NCBI GenBank assembly: GCA_965261085.1
Contig: OZ253442.1
Span: forward strand, 2,624,001-2,688,000
DNA: 64,000 nucleotides
Source: a bacterium
GTDB lineage: Bacteria > UBA8248
Direction of reading: 5' to 3'
Of this stretch, positions 31,114-40,516 are shown one piece after another. The first letter of the stretch is position 1, and every line of letters begins with the position of its first letter. The notes beneath the pieces were generated by a model. That model saw only the letters and a program-made list of their open reading frames with translations, had not been told where the DNA came from and did no database searches. The position numbers and the translations under genes were made by a program.

Positions 31114-32118
31114 TCAACTCTTCGTACGCAGATCGCCACGGGTGGCAGCTTTTCTCAAAATGGAGGGGACATTCAATATCGCCGGTCCATCGAGTCGCAA
31201 CGATATTTCAATATCTTCCCCTTTGCTCAATAAGTGTTCCCTCTCTCCATCAAAGGCCAGTACCCTATCTGCGGGCGCTTGGTAGTGAATGCTTTCGCCT
31301 ACTTTGACTATCTTGTGTTCCTTCACGAGCGCAGGAGTAACTTGTCCGGGTCCGATAGGAGACAAAGTGAGGCGTTTGTTTTTCCTCTTTGCGCCCAGTT
31401 TCAACCATAGCCCTATGGGTTCGCTTGAATCAATCGGGCGCAAACTCGCACCCAATGAAGAAAGTCCCAACCTCCCGGGCTCACTCCTCGTCAGTGCGAG
31501 TGAGTCGACGCGCCCTATCTCCCAAACTGCACGCGCCCCGGAAAACGATTCCTTGATAATAGCGATATCCACCAAGGCGCTTTCGGAAGCGCCACCCAAG
31601 TTCACATGAAGCTGTTTCGTCGCTTTTTTCTCGCTTCCATAGGCCCTTGGATGAAGCGCATATAAACCCGCGGCCATGCCGGCTACGGTCCCTTCCCATG
31701 TAAAGGGAAAGGCGTTGTTTGTTCCAGTTGATAGGGGAATCAGGGGAATTTTTCCGCATCCTTTGGCGACGGCGCGACAAGTGCCATCACCTCCCAGGAC
31801 AACAATGCACCGAACGCCGAGCTCATTAAGTTTGTGAGCCGCTTTGGTGGAGTCAGCCGTTTCTCCCCTGGCGTCAACTTCAAAGAGTTCTGCGTTCGAG
31901 GCTTTGTTGTCATGACGAAAGCCATCCAATGCAACGGCCCCCAAAGAGCCGAGATCGTTGAACATCAGTATCTTGTCCATGCCCATCGCAACTAGGCCCG
32001 CCATCACGCGGCGAAGCATCAAAACCTTTTCGTTATTGCTGAAAGAACTTGCCAGCGCCACCAGTCTGCGGATGTCTTTGCCTGATTGCGGGTTTGCTAT
32101 AATTCCGACACTTGCCAC
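31114..32118 (-). CDS. ATP-NAD/AcoX kinase family protein
   Basis: GIIANPQSGKDIRRLVA, LGGDGT, STGTNNAFP, AFDGERE. Confidence 0.88.
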   Translation of the reverse strand: MASVGIIANPQSGKDIRRLVALASSFSNNEKVLMLRRVMAGLVAMGMDKILMFNDLGSLGAVALDGFRHDNKASNAELFEVDARGETADSTKAAHKLNELGVRCIVVLGGDGTCRAVAKGCGKIPLIPLSTGTNNAFPFTWEGTVAGMAAGLYALHPRAYGSEKKATKQLHVNLGGASESALVDIAIIKESFSGARAVWEIGRVDSLALTRSEPGRLGLSSLGASLRPIDSSEPIGLWLKLGAKRKNKRLTLSPIGPGQVTPALVKEHKIVKVGESIHYQAPADRVLAFDGEREHLLSKGEDIEISLRLDGPAILNVPSILRKAATRGDLRTKS

Positions 32119-32249
32119 TGCTTCTCCTTCGTTCCTTTTTCAGGAAAGAATGGCTGAATTCATGTAGAATTCAGAGTACATGGAATGAGCGGAAAGGGCG
32201 ATGCGTAAGCCATGTTGTATCCCACTGCTCGATGAGACGAAACGCCGAT

Positions 32250-33599
32250 ATGAAATCGACAAGCCGAAGAACCCTTAAGAGAGAGGCGCGCGCCATCTTC
32301 CGGGCCGGGCTAAAGGCCGTTCATGCCGGTGAAGCTGTTTATCGCTATATGAAAATCAAAAAAGAAAAGGGCCAGGAGTTTCTCATTTGCGGTAAACAAA
32401 GAATATCTCTCAATGAAACGGAACGAATCCTCGTTTTGGGGGCTGGGAAAGCGAGTTCCCAGATGGCGCGTGCGGTTGAGCGACGTCTCGGAAATCGAAT
32501 TGATAGTGGCGCCGTCGTCACCCAATATGGTTATGCGGAAAAATGCAAATACATTGAAATTCTCGAGGCAGCCCACCCTGTTCCCGATATTTCAGGATTA
32601 GATGCCTCCCAGAAAATAGAAAAATTGGCTGTGAGCGCCCGAAAAAAGGATATGGTGATATTCCTGCTCTCCGGCGGAGGCTCAGCCCTGATGCCCGCAC
32701 CCGCGCCTGGAGTTTCTCTCGAAGATAAACAATCTGTCACGAATTCACTCCTGCGAGCAGGCGCTCCCATAGAAGCTCTCAATTGTGTGCGGAAGCACTT
32801 GTCCGATCTTAAAGGCGGAAATCTGGCCCGGAAAGTTTTTCCTGCTCGTATGAGCGTTCTTCTCGTCTCTGATGTGATCGGTGATCCCCTTGACGTCATC
32901 GGCTCGGGTCCTGCTGCGGGTGATTCGACTACATTTTTACAGGCAAAAGCGTATTTACAGCACTACGGAGTGTTCGACGAAATGCCGGAAGCAATCAAAG
33001 ATAGGATTGAAGATGGCTGTAGGGACGAGATTCCGGATACACCCGCTCCTGGGGACAAGATATTCAAGCGTGTAAGCCACCATATTGTGGCGAACAATAA
33101 AATCGCACTTCAGGCAGCGTATAAAAAAGCAAAATCAATGGGTTTTAACGTTAAAGTGCTAACAGATTGCCTCAGCGGTGAAGCTAGTGAGGTAGGCAAA
33201 TCGATCGCAGAAGACGCCAAGAGAATTTTGGGTGATTCTCACAAAAAACACTCGCCTAAATGCCTGCTATATGGTGGCGAAACAACAGTCAGAGTGTTGG
33301 GAGATGGTTTGGGCGGCAGGTGTCAGGAACTCGCTCTTTCTTTCGCCATTGAAATTTGTGGCCATAAAAACATCTGTCTTCTCGCTGTTGGCACCGATGG
33401 GAAAGATGGCCCCACGCAAGCCGCAGGTGCGATCGTAAACGGAAGAACCGCAAAAATGGCGCAAAATCAAGGGCTTGACCCGAATGCTTATTTGCGCAAT
33501 AATAATAGTCATGATTTTCTCCGCCGCCTGAGAGCGTGTGTATACACTGGGCCGAGCGGAACCAACGTAATGGATTTGGTGATTATATTGGTGAACTAA
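32250..33599 (+). CDS. Glycerate 2-kinase (MOFRL family)
   Basis: GAGKA, HPVPD, LSGGGSAL, SDVIGD, GGETTV, GTDGKDG, TNVMD. Confidence 0.93.
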   Translation: MKSTSRRTLKREARAIFRAGLKAVHAGEAVYRYMKIKKEKGQEFLICGKQRISLNETERILVLGAGKASSQMARAVERRLGNRIDSGAVVTQYGYAEKCKYIEILEAAHPVPDISGLDASQKIEKLAVSARKKDMVIFLLSGGGSALMPAPAPGVSLEDKQSVTNSLLRAGAPIEALNCVRKHLSDLKGGNLARKVFPARMSVLLVSDVIGDPLDVIGSGPAAGDSTTFLQAKAYLQHYGVFDEMPEAIKDRIEDGCRDEIPDTPAPGDKIFKRVSHHIVANNKIALQAAYKKAKSMGFNVKVLTDCLSGEASEVGKSIAEDAKRILGDSHKKHSPKCLLYGGETTVRVLGDGLGGRCQELALSFAIEICGHKNICLLAVGTDGKDGPTQAAGAIVNGRTAKMAQNQGLDPNAYLRNNNSHDFLRRLRACVYTGPSGTNVMDLVIILVN

Positions 33600-33676
33600 T
33601 GTTGCCGCTTCAATCTCAGCGGTTATCCGTGATTCCACGGTTCGCCCAATCGTTGAGAACTCCATAGGATATTATC

Positions 33677-34447
33677 ATGAGATATACCCACACGGCTGGT
33701 TTCGCCGTATTGGCGATCTTTCTGGTCGCCCAACTGCCTGCCCCTGCGTTGGCCCAGAATGAGAATATAGTCGTGACGGACTTCGCCGTGAGTCCGGCCC
33801 AGAAAGATTTCAAGCAATCGCCAAAAGGATGGGCGCTCAAGGTATGGCATGGAAGGGCCGATGTTCGTCTAATTAAGGATGAAAACAGGGATGTGAAAGT
33901 GCTTCGGATGAGAAGCGAAAAAGCGTCCGTTTCTATTTACCGGGAAGTGAAACTGGATCTCAATAAATTTCCGGTTCTTTCATGGAAATGGAAGGTGACG
34001 AAACTTCCTGCGGGCGCGGATGCGAGGAATGTTGAATCCGATGACCAGGCGGCTGGTATTTATGTCGTATTTCCCCGGTTTCCCAGTTTCATCAACAGCC
34101 AATTGATCGGGTATGTCTGGGAAACGAGCGCGCCCGTGGGGTCGATTCTCAAAAGCCGGAAGAATCCACTGGTCCATTACATCGTCGTCAGAAGCGGCAT
34201 GGATGATCTCGACAAATGGATAACCGAGAAACGCAACGTGATGGATGATTACCGGAGAGTATTCGGTTCTGAGGCCCCGAAAGTTGGTGGCATTGCATTG
34301 ATGATAGACACAGACGACACCCTTTCGGATGCGGAAAGCTATTTTGCGAGAGTCGAATTCAACGGTCGGCCTTCAAAGGTTTCCACTGATGATGGATATG
34401 ACCGCCTCGCCAGAGTAATCGACTCCACGAATAGGGCCTACGAATAA
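33677..34447 (+). CDS. DUF3047 domain exported protein
   Basis: Signal peptide; P.LSWKWKV, DDQAA.IYV.F, YVW, W..EKRN...DY, IDTDDT. Confidence 0.85.
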   Translation: MRYTHTAGFAVLAIFLVAQLPAPALAQNENIVVTDFAVSPAQKDFKQSPKGWALKVWHGRADVRLIKDENRDVKVLRMRSEKASVSIYREVKLDLNKFPVLSWKWKVTKLPAGADARNVESDDQAAGIYVVFPRFPSFINSQLIGYVWETSAPVGSILKSRKNPLVHYIVVRSGMDDLDKWITEKRNVMDDYRRVFGSEAPKVGGIALMIDTDDTLSDAESYFARVEFNGRPSKVSTDDGYDRLARVIDSTNRAYE

Positions 34448-34765
34448 CTTAAATAGCTTACGCGTTCGTTCTCTTTGTTCTTCGAGGCCGAATTTTGCAG
34501 CGTGAATGTGGGAGTAACGACAAGAAATCGCAGCGATGACGCCATGCCAGTCGAGGAAACGATAGCCGAAATCACGGTGATTCGAACAATTACGAATATC
34601 GCCCGAACCATGCCGCTCCTTGCTCCGCTTCACCTACTTGCCTGAAAAGATCATAATATGAAGGCGCGTCTGGCCGGAGAGTCATGGCTGCCTCTCTGTT
34701 CGTGGGACATTCTTGTATGGAAAGCGAGCAAGAAGTGACTCGCCTGAATCGAGGTTTTCTAACAA

Positions 34766-35701
34766 GTGCCTGACAAGCAAAATTACGTCGGTTTTGATCT
34801 CGGGGGCTCCTCTCTCAAGGCATCGTCATTCAGCCTGGATGGAGAATTACAAGAGCGTTGCTCTATAGATACGCAACGGTGCCTGAAGGCGGAAGATTAC
34901 CTCGGTTTGTTCAAGGATGCGGCAAAATCACTTTCTTCCAATAAATGTCTCAAGGGCATCGGGGTCGCCGTTGCAGGCGTTCTGGATTCGGATGCCGGGA
35001 GAATTATTGACTCTCCCAACTTGCCCGCTCTTTGTGGTGCTCCCCTATTAAGGATGTTGAAAGATACCTTCTTCCCTATTCCGCTTCAATTGATGAACGA
35101 TGCGAACGCCGCTGCCTTGGGAGAGTATTTCGCGGGTGCGGGCGTAGGCTACCAGAGCATGTTCATGATGACGTTGGGCACCGGGGTCGGTGGAGGTTTC
35201 ATTCAAAATGGAGAGATCTGGCGGGGCGCATCCGGGATGGCGGGAGAAATCGGCCATATGGTCGTCGAAAAAAACGGCAAGCCATGCACTTGCGGTTCTC
35301 GCGGGTGCCTGGAGGCATATTTTTCAAGCTGGGCCCTTGAAAAAGACGCCAAGGCGTATTCGGCACGGCACCCAGATTCCGCTATCGGGTCGATTGATAA
35401 AATAACACCGCTTTCCATATCCGAACTCGCTGGTTCTGGTGACCATGCAGCAAAACGAATATGGGAAAATGGTGGCCATGCGCTTGGTGTCGGAATCGCC
35501 AACATCATGAATTTGCTGAATCCCGAATGTATCGTCCTCGTGGGAGGGCTGATGAACGCGAAAGACCATTTTTTGCCGAGCGCCCAGAAGGCCTGGGAGG
35601 AAAATTCTTTCGAACAGGCTCGTAGTTCATCAAAAGTATTGCTGGGCGAATTAGGACAATGGGCGGGCGCCAGGGGCGCTATTCAGCCTTTTTTGCAGTA
35701 A
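34766..35701 (+). CDS. ROK family sugar kinase (glucokinase-like)
   Basis: GFDLGGS, NDANAAALGE, TLGTGVGGG, GEIGH, CTCGSRGCLE. Confidence 0.93.
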   Translation: MPDKQNYVGFDLGGSSLKASSFSLDGELQERCSIDTQRCLKAEDYLGLFKDAAKSLSSNKCLKGIGVAVAGVLDSDAGRIIDSPNLPALCGAPLLRMLKDTFFPIPLQLMNDANAAALGEYFAGAGVGYQSMFMMTLGTGVGGGFIQNGEIWRGASGMAGEIGHMVVEKNGKPCTCGSRGCLEAYFSSWALEKDAKAYSARHPDSAIGSIDKITPLSISELAGSGDHAAKRIWENGGHALGVGIANIMNLLNPECIVLVGGLMNAKDHFLPSAQKAWEENSFEQARSSSKVLLGELGQWAGARGAIQPFLQ

Positions 35702-35815
35702 GCGAGATAGTAAGTTTTGCAAATTGCTTTACCCACTCCTTGATTGTCTGCTTCATTAGTATCCTGAAAATTTCTCATTTTCATTCTTGACAAACAGGTA
35801 TAATTAAGTAACATT

Positions 35816-35831
35816 GTTAATTGATATTAAC
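35816..35831. promoter_or_regulatory. Palindromic candidate operator just downstream of a TTGACA promoter (35787)
   Basis: GTTAAT-tgat-ATTAAC, directly upstream of the DtxR-family gene. Confidence 0.45.
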
Positions 35832-35884
35832 TTTATTGCTATCCCATAACAGTGTGCGGTTCAATTTCGGAAGGGATTTACACC

Positions 35885-36439
35885 ATGACTCCACAACCAC
35901 AACATTCTCACGGTTCCCTCTCCCCGAGCCTGGAGCACTATCTACGCGCCATATTCGAACTACAGGAGAGTAAAGGCTATGCGCGCGTGACGGATATCGC
36001 CTCCATGCTGGGTGTGGCGAAGCCCGCTGTTTCAGCAGCGGTAAAAACACTTCGTTCCAATGGGTTTGTATCTCACCGTGTATACGAAAGCATCCTATTG
36101 ACGGAAGAAGGCGCAAAGCGGGCAAAAAGAGTGTCGGGTAAATTCTCTATTTTAATGCACTTCCTCATAGACGTTTTGGGAGTGGAAGAAGAGCAAGCCT
36201 TTGTCGACGCCTGCGTTATGGAGCATTACGTGAGCGGGAACTCCATAGACAGGTTTCTCGATCTGCTGCGCTTTTTCGAGGAGTCGGATAATCAGGAAAT
36301 CTTGGAAAAATTCCATCAGTTTCGTCGCTCGTGCGAGAGCGTCGAAACATGCCCGACATGTTCTTTCCATTGCGACATCAGCATCATTGATTTCGACGAT
36401 ATGTCTAAAAAAATAAAGCAATCCAAACGACGAGTTTGA
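35885..36439 (+). CDS. DtxR/MntR family metal-dependent repressor with Cys-rich C-terminus
   Basis: SLEHYLRAIFEL, ARVTDIA, LTEEG, DACVMEH; tail CESVETCPTCSFHC. Confidence 0.9.
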   Translation: MTPQPQHSHGSLSPSLEHYLRAIFELQESKGYARVTDIASMLGVAKPAVSAAVKTLRSNGFVSHRVYESILLTEEGAKRAKRVSGKFSILMHFLIDVLGVEEEQAFVDACVMEHYVSGNSIDRFLDLLRFFEESDNQEILEKFHQFRRSCESVETCPTCSFHCDISIIDFDDMSKKIKQSKRRV

Positions 36440-36534
36440 TTTTTGGATGCGTTTGTTGCTTTCCGGCTCGCTCTGAAGCCGAATTCACGCAAATGGCCAC
36501 TTGGCCGACACCCCTTGAACAGGAGATAGAATCA

Positions 36535-37605
36535 ATGTTCGCGGCACTCAACGGAGCAAAACGTGTGAGATTATTCTTGGGTATTTCCATGCTTGCCATT
36601 CTGGCAGTGATCTCCATCGTCAAAGCTACGGCGAGCGCCGAAGAGAGTGTAAACCTCTACTCTTACCGGCAACCCTTTCTCATCAAGCCGATCCTGAAAG
36701 CGTTCACCGAAAAAACGGGTATCAAGACTAACATCGTTTTTGCGAAAAAAGGCATGCTGGAGAAAATCAAGGCGACGCCAGGAGTAGCGGATGCGGTGCT
36801 GACCGTGGATATCGGTCGTCTGCACGACATGGACGAAGCCGGATTGCTGCAGCCGGTGAAATCAAAAGTGTTAGAACAGAATATCTCCTCGTCCTATCGC
36901 CATCCCAAGGGGCATTGGTTTGGCCTCACACTGCGCGGGCGAGTAATTTACGCCAGCAAAAAGCGCGTAAAACCCGGCGATATCAACCGCTATGAGGATT
37001 TGGCCGATCCAAAATGGAAAGGCCGGATTTGCACGCGCTCGGGCAAACACGTCTACAACGTATCTTTGTTTGCTTCCATGGTTGCGCATTTGGGCGAGCC
37101 GAAAGCCAAGAAATGGTTGATGGGTCTCAAGTCCAATCTCGCCCGTAAGCCCAGTGGCAACGACCGTGCGCAGGCGAAAGCCATTTACTCAGGCCAATGC
37201 GATATCGCCTTGGCCAATACGTATTACATGGCGAAAATGGCGACAAACAAGAAAAAGAAAGTTCAGCAGGAATGGGCGAGAGCGGTATACATCGTTTTCC
37301 CGAATCAAAAAGATAGGGGCGTGCATGTGAACATCAGCGGCGCCGCCGTTACCAAGCATGCGAAAAATCGCAAAAACGCAATTCTCCTCATTGAGTTTTT
37401 GAGCGGAGAATATGCGCAAAAACTATACGCCGACCAGAATTATGAATACCCGTTGAAAAAGGGCGTGAAAACCCATCCATTGGTCGCGTCATGGGGGAAA
37501 TTCAAGGCCGATACAATCAATTTGGCCGCAGTGGCGAATAAACGAGCCGTAGCCTCCAAGCTGGTAGACAAAGTGGATTACAATAACTTCAGTCCTAGCA
37601 ACTAG
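36535..37605 (+). CDS. Fe3+ ABC transporter substrate-binding protein (FbpA/FutA-like)
   Basis: VNLYSYRQ, DIGRL, RSGKHVYN, GNDRAQ, NTYY and HVNISGA. Confidence 0.92.
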   Translation: MFAALNGAKRVRLFLGISMLAILAVISIVKATASAEESVNLYSYRQPFLIKPILKAFTEKTGIKTNIVFAKKGMLEKIKATPGVADAVLTVDIGRLHDMDEAGLLQPVKSKVLEQNISSSYRHPKGHWFGLTLRGRVIYASKKRVKPGDINRYEDLADPKWKGRICTRSGKHVYNVSLFASMVAHLGEPKAKKWLMGLKSNLARKPSGNDRAQAKAIYSGQCDIALANTYYMAKMATNKKKKVQQEWARAVYIVFPNQKDRGVHVNISGAAVTKHAKNRKNAILLIEFLSGEYAQKLYADQNYEYPLKKGVKTHPLVASWGKFKADTINLAAVANKRAVASKLVDKVDYNNFSPSN

Positions 37606-37620
37606 CTGCTAGTATCATGA

Positions 37621-37666
37621 CCCCAAAAGTCTTAATATCCTCATTACGGATATAGGGCTTTTGGGG
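37621..37666 (+). terminator. Intercistronic stem-loop after the SBP gene (stabiliser or partial terminator)
   Basis: CCCCAAAAGTCTT..ATATCC pairs with GGATAT..AGGGCTTTTGGGG. Confidence 0.55.
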
Positions 37667-37733
37667 CCTTCGTATTTATAAGAAGATTCCGAGAGGTGTT
37701 TTTATTTGAAGTATCTTTTGTAGTTGGTATGGC

Positions 37734-39428
37734 ATGAGTGCAGGTTTCGGATTTCATACAAAAGCCTCTCCGAGGCATTTGGCTAAATGGTTTCAAATAG
37801 ATTTTTGGACGAGTGGATCCCTTCTACTTGCATTTTTTATAGCAATCCCTCTTCTGTCAGTAAGCATTCTCGCCCTTAATCCTAGTGGTGACATCTGGCA
37901 TCACCTGCTCACGACTGTATTGTCTCGCTATGTAATGACCACTATCGGCCTTATGGTGGGGGTAGGCATTGGGACATTACTCATCGGGACGTGCACCGCA
38001 TGGCTGGTGACGCTATGCCGATTCCCGGGACGACGGATTTTTGAATGGGCGCTGCTCTTACCCTTGGCAATGCCCGCATACGTCGTGGCCTATGTGTATA
38101 CCGACGTTTTAGAATTTGCGGGTCCAGTGCAGGCGCTATTGCGCAACATCTTTGGTTGGGAATCAAGTCGAGATTACTGGTTTCCGGAAATCCGCTCTTT
38201 GGGCGGCGCAATTTTCGTGATGACGCTCACGCTTTACCCGTATGTCTACCTGCTCGCGCGCGTCGCCTTTGTTCAACAATCAGTTTGCATATTAGAGGTG
38301 AGTAGAACTTTGGGCAAAACCGCCTGGCAGAGTTTTTTTTCTATTGCCCTGCCCTCGGCACGTCCATCTCTCTTCATCGGTGTGAGTCTGGTTCTGATGG
38401 AAACTTTGAATGATTTTGGAACGGTTGATTTCTTCGCTGTGGAGACGCTCACAGCTGGAATCTTTGACGTGTGGCTCAACCTGAATAATCTATCGGGAGC
38501 TGCGCAACTTGCCGTTATCGCGCTCTGCTTTGTCTTGCTTCTTTTGTGGGCGGAGAGGAAATCACGCAGCAATCAGAGATTTCACAATACTTCCACCAAA
38601 TATCAGGCCCTCCCAAGTTACCAATTAAAACGTGCAAAGATGTTTGGCGCGGTGATTTTATGTGTACTGCCGATAGGATTTGGGTTCATTCTACCATCCT
38701 GTGTTTTAGGCTATTACGCTTTGGGTTTTTATGAGGAAAGCATTTCACGTGATTTTTATTCTATTCTTTCAAACAGCCTGGTTTTGTCATCACTCAGCGC
38801 AATCCTGTCTGTTTCGGCAGGTATTTTTCTGGCGTATGGGGTTCGTCTCAAAGAAAGTACGCTGCTCAAATTGGCAGCCAGGTTCGCCAGTATCGGATAT
38901 GCCGTTCCAGGTGCGGTTCTCGCTGTCGGTGTCCTGATCCCGATGGGGAAGATAGATGTCGTCATCCAAGGATATCTCAAAAATGTTTTTGGCATCTCCA
39001 CAGGCTTGCTCTTTAGCGGCACAATCGCAGCCGTCAGCTATGGATATCTAACTCGTTTCCTGGCGCTTTCCTATGGCACTGTGGAAGCCAGCCTGATGAG
39101 AATTACGCCCAATATGGATGGCGCCGCGCGAACATTGGGTCTAGGGCCTATGAAAACCCTCGAGCGCATCCATTTGCCTTTGATTCGTGGTGGTATTCTG
39201 GCGGCAGCGATACTGGTGTTTGTTGATACGATGAAAGAACTCCCTATGACGATCATATTGCGTCCGTTTAATTTTGAAACTCTGGCCACCCATGTTCACC
39301 AGTTGGCCTCGGATGAACTTTTGGAAGAAAGCGCACTTGGCTCTTTGAGTATTGTGGCGGCCGGGTTGTTGCCCGTGATTTATTTGAGTCGCACCATCCG
39401 AGAGGCACGCCCCGGGGGAGGAAAATGA
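37734..39428 (+). CDS. Fe3+ ABC transporter permease (FbpB-like)
   Basis: Two EAA-like repeats; LPLAMPAYV, METLNDFGTV, MKELP.T. Confidence 0.93.
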   Translation: MSAGFGFHTKASPRHLAKWFQIDFWTSGSLLLAFFIAIPLLSVSILALNPSGDIWHHLLTTVLSRYVMTTIGLMVGVGIGTLLIGTCTAWLVTLCRFPGRRIFEWALLLPLAMPAYVVAYVYTDVLEFAGPVQALLRNIFGWESSRDYWFPEIRSLGGAIFVMTLTLYPYVYLLARVAFVQQSVCILEVSRTLGKTAWQSFFSIALPSARPSLFIGVSLVLMETLNDFGTVDFFAVETLTAGIFDVWLNLNNLSGAAQLAVIALCFVLLLLWAERKSRSNQRFHNTSTKYQALPSYQLKRAKMFGAVILCVLPIGFGFILPSCVLGYYALGFYEESISRDFYSILSNSLVLSSLSAILSVSAGIFLAYGVRLKESTLLKLAARFASIGYAVPGAVLAVGVLIPMGKIDVVIQGYLKNVFGISTGLLFSGTIAAVSYGYLTRFLALSYGTVEASLMRITPNMDGAARTLGLGPMKTLERIHLPLIRGGILAAAILVFVDTMKELPMTIILRPFNFETLATHVHQLASDELLEESALGSLSIVAAGLLPVIYLSRTIREARPGGGK

Positions 39429-39442
39429 GGCTCATGATCTAA

Positions 39443-40516
39443 ATGGCCAAGCTCGATATTGAAAATATATCTCACTCATATGAATCAAAAGTAATCATTG
39501 AGGATTTGTCCTTGACTGTCGAAGAGGGTGAAGTCGCGTGTTTACTGGGGCCTTCTGGATGCGGCAAGACGACATTGCTGCGATTAGTGGCTGGTTTGAC
39601 TTCGCTGCAGTCTGGGAGGATTCGTCTCGACGAAAGGATCATATCGGAACCTGCGCGTGGAATCGAGACGCCGCCGGAAGAGAGAAATGTGGGGTTCATG
39701 TTCCAGGACTATGCCCTTTTCCCTCACTTGGATGTTTTGCACAACATCACCTTCGGTCTCAATGACCTTTCACCAGAAAAACTGGCTGAAATACAAAGAG
39801 CCATGATTCAAATGGATATCGTAGAATTGACAAATGCTTACCCCCACACTCTGTCAGGCGGCCAACAACAGCGCGTTGCCCTGCTTCGGGCATTGGCTCC
39901 CCTCCCTCGGCTTCTTCTTCTGGACGAGCCATTTTCCGGACTTGATATCAGTCTGCGAATTCAAGTGCGCGAGGATACGCTGAGGTTGATTAAGCAAATG
40001 GGCGTTACCACGTTGATGGTCACACACGACCCGCAGGAAGCGATGTATATGGCCGACCACATTTTAGTCATGCGGGACGGGAAAGTTGAACAAGGCGGAT
40101 CGCCTCGTGAAATTTACCAATTCCCTGCCACGGAATTCACTGCTCGTTTTGTCGGACAGACGAATATTTTACAAGGCATTATTCTATCGCCCAGTTATGA
40201 TGAGGTGATGACGACCATCGGGCCCGTGCCGTGTCTCTCCATGCGTGATCTTGAATTCGGTACGGATGCTTTTATCTCGATTAGACCCGAGAGTTTTGAA
40301 ATCGACCCGAAGGGTCCTTTGGGGGGTGAAATTCGCACCATTCGCTATGCGGGACAGACCATTTTGTTGGAAGTCGAAATAATCGATGAAATAGGCAAGG
40401 GGCACCGGCTGAAAATGCGCGTGCATCCTAATTTAAGGGTAGATGTCGGTGAAGAGATCAGATTCCGCATTATGCCGGATTTTGTCACGGTGATTGAGGA
40501 TCCGCTTGATGACTAG
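39443..40516 (+). CDS. Fe3+ ABC transporter ATP-binding protein (FbpC-like)
   Basis: GPSGCGKTT, FQDYALFPHL, LSGGQQQRVAL, TOBE tail. Confidence 0.93.
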   Translation: MAKLDIENISHSYESKVIIEDLSLTVEEGEVACLLGPSGCGKTTLLRLVAGLTSLQSGRIRLDERIISEPARGIETPPEERNVGFMFQDYALFPHLDVLHNITFGLNDLSPEKLAEIQRAMIQMDIVELTNAYPHTLSGGQQQRVALLRALAPLPRLLLLDEPFSGLDISLRIQVREDTLRLIKQMGVTTLMVTHDPQEAMYMADHILVMRDGKVEQGGSPREIYQFPATEFTARFVGQTNILQGIILSPSYDEVMTTIGPVPCLSMRDLEFGTDAFISIRPESFEIDPKGPLGGEIRTIRYAGQTILLEVEIIDEIGKGHRLKMRVHPNLRVDVGEEIRFRIMPDFVTVIEDPLDD

